Source: Trichoplax adhaerens
Lineage: Eukaryota > Animalia > Placozoa
Length of the DNA stretch: 64,000 nt
Assembly: GCF_000150275.1 (NCBI RefSeq)
Contig: NW_002060943.1
Location: 8,502,066 to 8,566,065, forward strand
Direction: 5' to 3'
A model generated the notes under the pieces. It was not told the origin of the DNA and did no database searches. It worked only from the letters and a program-made list of their open reading frames with translations. Below are positions 15,501-28,300 of this stretch, piece by piece (positions within the stretch are counted from its first letter, which is position 1; each line of letters opens with the position of its first letter). A program made the translations under genes and the position numbers.

Positions 15501-16278
15501 ATTTACTGCTTCCAAGAAAGTAAGTAATAGCATATTAGAGTATTTTATGGTAATGCTGTTGAAGTTTAGCACAACAACCATAAATATAATGCGTAACTAG
15601 CCATATCGTGTCTATACCAAAGACATAACGTATATCTTTATTTATCAATAGGTATACGCAAACAAGTTAATGGACATTATAGACCCCGGTAGAAAGCTTG
15701 TTAAGTAAGCATTAAAGATTTGCAATATGGTTATAATTGGATTATTAATAGATTCCGCTATAAATTAAAACTTGTTATTTGTAATTAGACATCGCTTATT
15801 TCGTGAGCACTGTGTATTCGTTCACGGTAATTACGTGAAAGATCTTGGAATACTAGGAAGGGATTTATCGAAAACTGTGATAGTTGATAATTCACCTCAA
15901 GCTTTCGGTTATCAGGTTATTATCAACTTCATATTACATTATTTGATATTCATTTTTATTTTAGTTGTAAGAAATAATAAATTATTGTAGGTACATTGTC
16001 TTATATCATAAATAATTTTTGTTTAGCTTTCAAATGGAATCCCTATCGAAAGCTGGTTTACTGATAAAAATGATGCAGAGTTATTATTACTAATCCCATT
16101 TTTGGAAGAGCTTGTTAATACAGTGAGTAAACTATAACACTATGAAATCAATTGAGATTAACCTTGACATGAGAATGAAATACAAATTGATTCTGTTTTA
16201 CTAATTTCATAATAGGATGAGGATGTCAGACCCTTAATAAAGGAGAAATATCGTATGCACGAACTTATACCCAACTAG
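12524..16278 (+). CDS. CTDSPL2: CTD small phosphatase-like 2 (SCP4, FCP1/HAD family), multi-exon
   Basis: Spliced frame MPRKKQ|[48 protein letters not shown]|DETLVHCS (DxDxT motif)..[17 protein letters not shown]|[48 protein letters not shown]|[11 protein letters not shown]. Stop TAG at 16276-16278. The start codon is inferred from frame continuity and is less certain. Confidence 0.92.
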
Positions 16279-19200
16279 TAGAAATATATTCTGAAAAGAT
16301 AATAATTATTATTAACATCATTAATTTTGAATCATTATGAATTTGTTTACATTGTATTGTATGTCGTCTTGTATTAGAAAATTAAACTAGATCAATTATG
16401 TAAATAATACAGTACGGCATTTTACGAGCTTGGTACTGTTGTAAAAACTTAAAAAAATTGCAGTCTGTTCTAGATTGCTTTTTAAAACTCACCGCACTAC
16501 GTGCGTGTAACCGATATATTAAGATGATCACAGTAGTATCTTGTAGTATGTAATTACAAGAAATGGCATTGACGCAGCTCTCATTACAGTTTACGGTATG
16601 TGTACACTGATTTATTCTTGAAATGACGTATTCAAATTTAAAATATCCTATTATCCATTATACTATTTCATTATTATGATTAGTTAATTATGAATTAATT
16701 GTGGTCTGTGCATTGCTTATTCTTATGAGAATTGGATTTGTATGGACTTTTACGTGAAAACAATGAATAATGCAAATATGCTAGGTAGGAGCTTTGCTCT
16801 CGATCTAAATTTGATTATCCGTTGATATCGCACAAATATATCTGTTCTTAACTTGCTTTAATATTCATCAATCCGTGTTAAATTATATAAGACACAATAC
16901 TATTATTCCTACGATGCTGTAATTTGTAATGTGATACTAATATCACTACTATGTTTAAATGAAGAAGCTAGTCTTCTTATAACCCTGCACTTAGATAGTA
17001 CGAGCGGTGTTATTGTACTATCATACTATTGACCTTTATCGTAAAATTTATTAAAATATTAATGTACGAGTATTACGCTATCTTGATATGATAGTGCTGT
17101 GTAGGGTAATCTTTCAAATCATTACGTAACGTATATTGTTATGTGGTAGGACGGTGATGTGACTTTGTATTTGATATATATTGCCTACTGTATTAGTAGT
17201 CTTATTTGTTTGAGGAAGGCTTAACCTTGATCTTTTTACACTTAGCAGTATAGTGTACTTCTTTATTTGCTATAGAATAGTAGTTTGGAGAAGAAAGACT
17301 ACAAGGGTCAACTATACAACAATACCTAAGTGTATCCCGTAATTTATAGTAAAAGCTATAAAATATTGAGCATGCAGAGTGACCAGAGTCGCGAATACTA
17401 TGACAGAGAGTAAATGCGGCGTCAGAGTGGACGAAAGCACAAGTGAAATTCACTTATATGCTAGCTCAAGACACTTTCTATGATAGTTATTATCAAGTAT
17501 CTACCAGCATCTACAAGAAGTCGCAGTCTTTTCCCCTTCACAAGTGCTCAAATGCGATCATTATTACGTATAACAGCTGCACAAGTTTCAATATAGCTGT
17601 TTACCATTTACCGGTAAAATGACCATAAATTGAAAATACTGTATTGTGCACCTGCCCCGTATAATTTAATAATTACCGTGTCATCAAACTATTGTATCAT
17701 TTCTTAATATGCAGTACAATATGTATTTACTAGTATACTCAGTAGTCACTACTGACTGCTGAGTGAAAGTAATTTATGTAGATGTAAGAAATGTTATACC
17801 ATGGATTGCTCAATGTGTCATCATCGCTAGACTTAAGCGACAAGATGAGAGAGAACTGAGCACGAACGACAGCCTACTTGACCCGAATAATAAGGCTAAT
17901 AAATAGAGAGAAAGAGAGTGATATCGTGCTCCCTCAGAAGCTTCTGTTGATCAATTCCCCGACTGTATACGCGTTTGCAGTATCATAGACCACTAGAACT
18001 CTAGAAGATTGCTTTTTATAATTGAATTAGTTTTCTTCTACACGGTAGTGCATCTGTCCATGACGGCAAAGAGTCTTGCCTGTGGAGTCTTGCCAGCACT
18101 GTACTCTACTATGACGTAAACTGACAATTCAGTCCGGTCCGGATCAGTCCGGTCCGGATCGGTACGGTACTCTCACCAGGGTGGGCTGGGCAGCTGTAGT
18201 CACTCGTAATCACTCGCTTGTCTGCTGACTGCGGTCGTGCATTTCTTTGGGCCACAAGCGTTGGAAGAAGGTCGCTTGTACGGTCTACTATGACGCCAAA
18301 TGTCATACATGAAACACTATTTTCCCATTGATTGACGTCATCCAGTCCCGCATACAACAGTGAAAAGAAGGAAAAGACCAGTCGGGAAAGAGTGGAAAGG
18401 ATAGCGACAACATCGATTTACTATTCGTTCTCCAAGATATTTTGTCCAAGAGAAAAAGAATATTCAGGTTCAATTGCTTTCTAGTACAAGTACATAGTAA
18501 ATCGCTTCTTTCTAGAATCAAAGCGAGGGTATTTTGTGTTGGGAGAGAAGCCTACTGATAGGGATGCCTGTCTGCAACAGCCATTTGTAGAGCGTTTTTA
18601 TCGCTACCTTGCTGTAAGTATCGACTCCAGTGGTATGATAGCTAGTTGTTATGGATTGTCTGATAGACAGAATGAATTATTGGACAAGAAATGAGAAAGG
18701 GTAGAATGACCATTGAAGATCATCGTCATACCACTATGCTTCAAATAGGCCCTATGCTATAGCTACATGATTAAATGTTAATTTGTGCTACTTTTCCGAT
18801 CGCCAATGACTTGACTTTCAATCTACCGGTGACATGGTATATCCACCCTCTTTATGCTCATAGCAAGTCACTGGAGGATTCGTCAGACCTCTGTTTATTG
18901 TCGATGGATGCCCAAAATACCCAATGGAAGCGACGTAGTTTGGGCAAACGTCCAAATTAATATTAAATTAGACCTACGTTACCCCATTTTGAATCTTATC
19001 CCTAGAAATTATGTATAGTACACTCATTGGTACGCCGAAAATAAACAGATCTGCTGATGATCACCTTGTACGGTAGACAAGTTCTTCCTCGATATTGACA
19101 CCAAGTTATTATTCAACTTGCCCCTTCCAAGATGGATTAACGCCTTGCCAATCACTACATATTACTAACTTACTACATGACCATGTACAGTAGATACAAT

Positions 19201-20659
19201 ATGACTATTTCAATAACAAACATATTATAGCCTGTAGGTAGGAACAATGTTGCTAATTTCATCTTGTTATGGAAATAAAAAGAATGACGACAATGCACCC
19301 CTCCAACAGTGACAACATTGTTCATACTTGAACTTTATTCTCCTTCAACTAGTCAGTAAAAGTAGAGACTTTAGGTTCAGTTTGATGACGCCAACTCTAT
19401 CATCAAAATGGAATAGGTTTGGTTAATTGATAGTAGATACAACTTTCCTCGTCTTCAATTTTACATACGACGAAGAATACATACTATATTTGGGATCGAT
19501 TGTTCGTAGTAATAGATATTGTGTCAGCTGCTTGCCTGCACCTTTTGCAGAAACTGGATAAACAGCTTATAATTGGATATATTCGAGACGTACACAGGCT
19601 GCCTAGCAAGAAAACTCATTTACATCTTTAACCAACGGGTATTAAAGCGGATAGATTAAAACTGAAGTAGACTTTTCTTCAATATCGTAATCAAGTTGTA
19701 TAGGAAGGAATGCTGCACCCTAGCCGTTTGGCGTTATAATAGAATTATCACTATACATACTTACGATAAGGGTACAGTAGTTGTTTAATTTATTATGCTT
19801 TGTTCACATAACTACAGGCTGTCTCACAGTAAGTGCATTAGTAATTTTGTTCCTTGAACGTTTAGGCATTGAGGTATTCATGCCCAAGTTAACTTATCAG
19901 ACTAAAAATGGTATATCAAAATGATACTGTAATTTCAGTTGATCATCAAAGATGACATCAACTCTTAACGTAAACCAACTAACTGGCATCGTAGTAACTG
20001 CAGCAGGAATGCTTTACAGGTAGTAATTGTGCCGTGCTGAGTGCCAATTTGACATGCTAATAGTAGAGAATACACGATAGGATCACTTTTAATAAGGATA
20101 CACTCCAAATTATGATCCTCATAATACCGGATTTATTAACTATTACTAAATAAAAATTAATATTGTTGAAATAGGCATCATCAAGACTGCCTGTTGTTAA
20201 TACTGTATGTGTATACTGTTGACGATTACTCTATCATTACGGTGTATATATGATGTTTAGGTTATTTACTTTATGATGTTTTATAATCTTGTAAAGATTG
20301 CTACGATTAACTAGAAGAAATGATTGTCGGGGTGTGACATGTATTACTTGTTATCAACTAAATAACAGTATAGTGAATGGTCATACTTGCAACTCATATT
20401 GCAACATGATGCACTCGTATAGCGAATATTTGAACTTATCTTCTTGCTAACCAAATCAGATCTCTACGTTAACGGTACCGTTTCTTATAAATTTAGTATT
20501 TGTATTTCGTTTGTTGAGCCTATAAAATAATGTTGAGTAATTCTGCCAACATTATAACACACTGTGCTTATCTTTATTAACTAGCTTTCAATTCGTTCTC
20601 ATTCTATTTACATGGATGAATGAATAGCTATTCAGTGGATTACCATAATAGTTAATAGC

Positions 20660-23640
20660 ATGGATGGTAATGTAGCTCATTGTATTGATGGTGAAGAGGA
20701 CGAAGGAGAGATTCCTGAATGTAATGGGGGTATACAAGTCATTGTGAACGCTGCAACTGCGTGTCATGCTGAAGGGCAAAGCAAGTCTGCTATCTTAGAA
20801 GATGTTCTCGCTACCGGCCAAGGTGACCGAAATAATCTCAATTTAACTGGATGGAAGCGTACTGCAGCTGTTAATGACCGTAGTGCTCAATCGCCTTTAA
20901 CAAAAGAAATTTGGGAAAAGCATATCGATAAAGATGGTAGAGTTACTAACGAAGATAAAATACGCGAGCGTATATTCAAAGGTATATAGTGGTAGCATAC
21001 CATTTATCGACTGATATTACTAACAGTTCTATCCATTAATTTTTTCGTGGAAGATCAGAAATAAACAGTATATTAATTTGAATCGTTCTGTACGAACAAT
21101 TAAATTCATAGTTTCAGTAATCATAACTTGAAGCAATAGTAGTCAAGAAAATGTTGATTTTATCTTAAATACGTATGATTATGATAGGTGGCATCAATCC
21201 GATTGATCGCAAAGATGTTTGGAAATTTCTATTTGGAATGTACTTGTTTAATTCCACATTTAGAGAAAGGCAGGCTTTAGACGAAGAGAGAGCTGTAAGA
21301 TACTTTGCCTTAAGGGCTCGCTGGCAGTTTGAACTAAGAAAATATAACGTATATCATCAGGATGATGTTAATAATATTAATTCAGATGAACCTGTATTCA
21401 TGGTCGTACAGAAACAAGTTAAAGTTAGTACAATTATGATATCATATTGTAACAGAAAGTATATTTTGCTTCGTTCTTGACTGGTTGTAATAATGTTAAC
21501 AAATTTGTAGTCACCATAGAAATTCACTTTGAATGAGCATCAAAGTTATCTAATCATCTAGTGTTGAAATTTTTAACGACCCAATTTGAATACTTTTTTT
21601 TTTATTCCAATGTAACTGAATTCATGGTGATAACACGAACTACAGAACGAGTTCTCTAAATATTATTTAAACAATGACTGCAGCGATTTCCAGCAACAAC
21701 AACATTTCAACTTTCTATATACAGATGCCACGGTATAGTAAATTACCTGATACATTATTGAGTTTATATTAGAAGTATGTCGTGTGATTGAATACTAGTA
21801 ACCTCTGTAGGACATTTGTAATACGGTACATAACAATCAGTGGCGACGTGGTACAGAATGTGTACTCTTGTTACTATCACTTAATCGTATTTTAACTGTA
21901 AGAATCGGCCAATGTGTTAAGATATTAACCGCAATGAATGTTATTAACCTAATTTCTAATAGCTGTATGCGTGTCGCCAGCCTTTTGATGAAAATTTAAC
22001 TCTTCAAGCTATACGCACTATTGATAAAGATGTTCCTCGAACGGATCGTGTCATTGATTTTTATCAGTTAGTAGTTAGTTAGATTCGTTTCCATGCTCTC
22101 AATTATTAATTTAAGATCCTAAATATTATGTATCTTATATTGCTTTATTGGTTATTCTTAAATATTAAACTAAGTTGTTTTGTAGTTTATTCATGTAAAA
22201 GTACTAATGTTGACACCATATCTTATGGAACAATCATTACGTAGAGGTGAACAGGGCGATAAAAGGCTAGAAAGTTTGCGTCATATTTTAATAACATTTG
22301 CCGCTTTTCACCCAGGTATTGTTTATTCCATCTACAATAAATGTATTACCGGTAGTGTAAATTTGGAACTCAACAATAATAGGAGTAATTTAATCTTCGT
22401 GATATTCTTCTCTATTCAGGTGTCACCTATGCACAAGGAATGAATGATGTTCTGAGTAGATTTCTAGTAGTTTTAGAATCTGAAGTTGATGCTTTCTGGT
22501 GCTTCAACTATTTTATTGAAAGAGTAGAAAACGATTTTCGCGAAAGTGGGATGTTACTTAAAATCGGTGCGATTCATACGAAATATTTTGATTATATAAC
22601 CAGTACTCTGTCTGTAAAGGTTGTATTGTTGGTCTCATGTAGAATCACAATTAATACTATATATCTAGCTTACAGTGTTAGTGTACAATTTTCAATTCAT
22701 TATGGTTTCATTTTATAACTCGTTTTGTGAAATAGCTTTTATATAATTACGATGTAAATACGCCTGATGAAGGTAGATCTGGTGACGATATATTTAAGTT
22801 AATGAGATTCTAATTACTTCCTATTTTAGCTTCAGTTCAGCGATTACTCATGGTCCTTGATAGTAAATTATTTGAATATTTGGAATCTCTCAATGCTAGC
22901 GATCTCATGATCTGTCATAGGTAAAATATTGGCATAAGATATTAATTAACGCTACACGTTATGCAGTTACCTTTAGAAACTGACTTAAAAGTTATTTGTC
23001 ACTGGATGAATGAAATCATGAAACCTTCTTAAAATCATTTTCAGATGGCTACTGCTAACTTTCAAAAGGGAATTTGCGTTTGATGATAGTCTTAAAATTT
23101 TTGAAATCATATATAGTGGGCATCTTGAACCCCACTCATATGAAGGTGCTATGGCAATTGAACAACAAAGAATATTAGAAATAGAAAAAGGAGGTACAAT
23201 AATGATTTTTTAATATGATGTTATAAGTATGCTGAGTTGGTGGCTTGTTAATAGAATTTTCTATGTTTTGTACTATACAGGTGGTTGTGTTCATGGCTTA
23301 GAAGTTGATGTTAACTCTGAATTTACATTTGACATTTTTGTAAGTGTCGCTGTCTTGATGATATTTAGAGCAAACATAATGAAAGCGGCGGATGCAACGG
23401 AAGTATTTTCATGTTTAAATAAGTGAGTTATATTGTGAACTTAATTTACAGTTATGGAGACCATACAATCGCAATTAATTTATTTTTATTACAATTATTT
23501 CAAATATCGAAAGCTTGACGACTGGTATGGATCTAAATACCGTAATAGAAGTTGCAGAATGCTTATTCTTTATTTATTGCCGAACTACTGTAAGGGATAG
23601 TTTTGAGATTATTCAATCCGGTAAAGAGGCGGAAGAATAG
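20660..23640 (+). CDS. TBC-domain Rab GTPase-activating protein (TBC1D15/16/17-like clade), multi-exon
   Basis: PLTKEIWEKHIDKDGRV..IFKGGI..RKDVWKFLFGMY; arginine finger IDKDVPRTDR; glutamine finger VTYAQGMNDVL; DAFWCF; CHRWLLLTFKREFAFDD. Stop TAG at 23638-23640. Exact ortholog not assigned. Confidence 0.9.
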
Positions 23641-25332
23641 AAAACGACAACGACATTAAATTCGACCTCTAAATCAACCGATATTCTAATAATCTTGAAC
23701 TTTCTTGCCTGCACGTAGGATCATCTCAAATCATTGTTTCTAGGAACAATTATTGTTTAAAGCAGCTAGTAAAAAATCAATTAAAATTGTATCTATCCCA
23801 TATAAGATATATTTTTCTATAGCTGCACAGTAATCATGTCTTCAATAAGTAATAACTGCTGTACAATATTTATTTAAAAGATATTTTTACATTTTAGTAT
23901 TGGTAAGCTACAGAGCTGCTATAACAAATTTCAGCTCACTGTTTTTTATTTTGGTGATTCACAAAGGAATTTTTTATTTTTCTTGTATCTTAAAAAATAT
24001 AATTTCTTGTAAAGTCGAAGTTCATCGTATTTGCGATGAGATTAAGATAAATTAGCCTTAATTTACTATTCACTTTACCGATATATTAATGCAATCACTT
24101 AGAGATGTTTCGCTAAGCCCTGCTTAGTATCCTCGTGAAGCTATGTAATCAAAGCTTGATCATTCTTGCTGTAATCTATTTTACTTAGCAAGGCATAATT
24201 ACATACTTATTACAAGCTGCGTACGATTTAATTGCTTTCGGTGACGGCATATCTATATGTTGCAAATTTAAAACTATTATTGATTATGAATCGTACATTT
24301 TAATCATTACGATGATCAGCAAAATCGATAGAATGCCAGTTTATATCACGAAATACTGATATCTGTATATGTACGTATACGCTATTAAGATTCTTCACGT
24401 TAAGAACCGATCTTATAATGCGGTTATGTAAAAAAACTATATTATATGCCTACTACCATTCTTGAAGGTGACTCAGATAATGAATTGGGTAATTTTAAAA
24501 TTATATGAGCAAGATGTCACTAATGTGACATTTTGCATTGTATGAATGTTATAATCATTATTGCCTGATGCGATTGTGGTGTACAGTATTCCTTACAACA
24601 CGTTACAAGATATTCAAGTCAGGTAAAATTAGATATCTTTAACGAGAAGAACCAAAAATTTATAATAAATCACTAATTTTAATATTTGGGATTACAATGA
24701 ATTGAAGACTTATATACAATAAATTTGGCCTTATAATAATGCAAAGAGTAAAGTTTCAAGCTTCAACAGTTATTATATAAAAGTGGTCAAAAGTTTTCAT
24801 TTTGATTTTATATGAACTCCACTTTTTAATCAATGCACTCAAGATGCTATTTTGACGGCGCACTAATTGTTCAGAGTATCACATACCGCATGTATAAATA
24901 AAATAAAAGATTTACGCGTAACTTCAATCCTACTGATTATCCAGCAAGGTGTAAATAACTGTATGACAGCAACATCGGTTGGTAAATATTACAAGTGGCT
25001 AAAGTTAGAAACTATCGACAAGAAGTTCGATAAAAATAACTACCATCACCATCTAATGGAGACCCGAGTATGAGAGTAACAAGTTATAATTTAAAGGAAC
25101 TTATTTGGTAAGTCATTACCGCAGTAAACGTAGTATTATTTAGACGCTATTTGAGCCGAGTTCATGTTACTGTACTTTGCATCACAGCAAAGGCGTTTTG
25201 CATAAGTGCTTTTAAAAAGTAAAACTTTTCGAGACTCAGGCGTCGAAATTAATTAGTAAGCGCTAGTGCTACATAATAATTAACTATTCAAATATATTTA
25301 AGTAGAGCTAATTGATTTTCAAATACGATCCA

Positions 25333-28300
25333 TTATTCCTCTAGAGAAATAAGATTACGACTAGCATCATTATTTTCTTCATTTTCACTTTGCTGAGCCC
25401 ACATTTGTGCATATTTTCCGTTCATTTCAAGAAGATCTTCATGCCTAAGATATATACGCATACGTTGACAATCATGGTTGATCAAACTTAAACTAGCTAC
25501 AGAAAAGATGTTAGCAATAACGTTTCTAAGTTCATCATAGTAAGAATAACAACCGCTAATTATGAACTCACCGTCCTCTCTCTATTATTTCTCCATCCTT
25601 AAGTACAAGGATTAGATCAGCGTTTATGATAGTTGATAGCCTAATTATAGAAAATTAATTAAATAGAGCAAAGCAGGATTAAGTTTCCTTTTATATATCG
25701 AAACGAGTAAATCTATTAAACATTTCACTAACCTGTGTGCGACAACAACTGTGGTACGATTTGCGCATACTTTAGTTAACGAAGTTTGTATGTTTCGTTC
25801 AGTTTGAGTATCGAGGGCAGATGTAGCCTTATTGATTAAAATTAAATTCAGACTTTGGAAACTTCTTGAATCGAACCTACGAGTACAGCTTCGATTGTAA
25901 TTATAGTATTACTAGACATACCTCATCGAGTAACACAAATTGAGGTGACTTTAGAATAGTTCTAGCAATAGCTACTCTTTGCTTTTCTCCTCCACTCAGT
26001 TTTAGCCCTCGTTCACCAACGACTGTATCATATTCTAGTGAAACAGGTAACCATAATTAGGTAATAAAAATTATTTAATTAAGAGAATAACTGTCTTTAC
26101 TACGATACGTACTGTCTGTAAAGCGTAGCACGCGGTCATGAATATCTGCAGCTGCTGCGGCTTCCTCGACTTCATCGTCATTGGCATCAGCACGGCCATA
26201 CCTTACATTATACCTAAATTGATGCAAGAAAAGAAAAATGATTATCTGGCGTATTAGTAACGCTCTTTACTATGATATATTTAATAATCCATTAAGGTTG
26301 TACCTAATACTTTCGTGAAATAAAACAGTATCTTGAGGAACGACACCTATAGCTTTCCTTAGAGATCTTTGAGAAATCTTGATTTGATAGCAATGTAAGT
26401 TAAAATAGGAAATAACATTAAGCATGATAGTACAGTACATATATTCTATACAGAGAATGCTACTCAATATAGAAAAATAAATTCGTACAAAAGCATCTAA
26501 TACAGTAAGTTTATGATTCTAAACTGGTTTTTAATACTACCTCACCTTGGTGATATCCTGACCATCAAATAATATCGTGCCGCTATGGATGTCATAAAAG
26601 CGGAATAGGAGTCTAATTATTGTGCTTTTACCACTACCGGATGGGCCAACCTAAGAAAAAATGAATAATCAGTGTACTATGATCAAGTAGAATTGTGGTA
26701 CCATAAGATAATTTTTCGGTTCTACTGTATGTAGTGACCGATACTCGTATTGCCGATATAACATTTCATCATAATATAATAGGGCTAAGCTATGTCAGTA
26801 ACATAATGAAGAACCCTACCAAAGCTACAGTTTGCCCCGGGAGAACGGAAAATGAGATGTTCTTGAGAACTGGGCGACTGATAAAGCAGAATATCAATGT
26901 TAAATGTTAGAAACTGTATAACTATCGTAGAAAATAGCTTTATCAAAACAACGCTATCATCACCTAGAGTTATAATGAAAACAAACATCCCGAAATTCTA
27001 TTTCGCCCTTAGTTACATTGAGTTCTGGTGCATTATCAATATCTTTCACCTAGCAAAGAAATTGTAACATCAGATTAATGTAATTCATTGTGTAGTACAA
27101 GTTGAAATTTAGATCGGAATGAGCCGCGTACTTTGTAAATAAGTACAGAGAGATGTTAGTACAAAGTACATCGTAATAATAAGATATTTAACGTTTTGCA
27201 AATTCCGTTACATGCTAATAAGTACATACATCTACTTCAGCTTTCATTAGATCAAGCATATTTTCCATGTCAATAAATGATTGCTGTATAGTTCTATAAT
27301 TTCAAAAGTCAACGACAGTATAAAATAATTAAAAGCACTGCTAAATCTGCTTAGAAAAATAATCAGCCTAGTACAGTATTTACGCTACCTGTAGTATGTC
27401 CCAAAGTAATTCAGAGGTGCATAGAGTTGCACTATATAAGTAGCAAATAGCACATAGTCGCCAACCTAGGGATTGGTACGTGACCGTACAGAAAACAAAC
27501 TTTAATTTGAGTATATAATGAGTTAATAGTATCGTAATGAATGTACACGCTCATAGGCGGAGAGGTATACTAAACTTTGGAAGTTAATATTACACGTATT
27601 AGTGTAAAAGTACGTAGAACCATAACCAGTATTACCTTCAAGGATCCTTCCGCTACAAGATTCGCACAAAGTAAAGAACCAGCCAAAAGTCCTGAAGTTA
27701 TAATGATACTTTGTGAAAGGTTTAATAATTGCAATGAGGCTAGGCTAATCCACTCAGATCTCTAATGAAAATAAATTGGCGAAAGCAAAAGATTTACATC
27801 TATTAGTTTTTGGATAGACAGTTTGTAATATCTCGGGTAAAAAATGATATTAATCTTAATTGATTACTATCGTATCACCTGATACTCAACAATCGCAGAA
27901 TTAAATCTGTCAACCTCAAATTCCTCTCCAACGTAATATTTTACCTGAAATAATTTTATTTAGGATGTAAAACTGATTTCATACCATAGCTAAAAAATTA
28001 ATTAAAATTGACCTGCTTACAGTTTCGAAATTTATTAAGGAATCAACAGCTTTAGCTCGTGAAGAGTTATCCAGCTTATTCATTTTTCGGCGAAACTTTG
28101 TTCGCCATTCAGTTATATATATCGTAGCAATCAGATACAATACCATGGCGAAAAATACGATAACGCCAAACCAAGCATTAAAGGCCAGTATGAAGTAAAT
28201 GATAGCTATAATGATGTCAGCTATTGTTGGAAGGATGCTAAAAATGACATTACTATAGATAATATAAATAGTAAAACTTCCATTAATAATCGCACTGATT

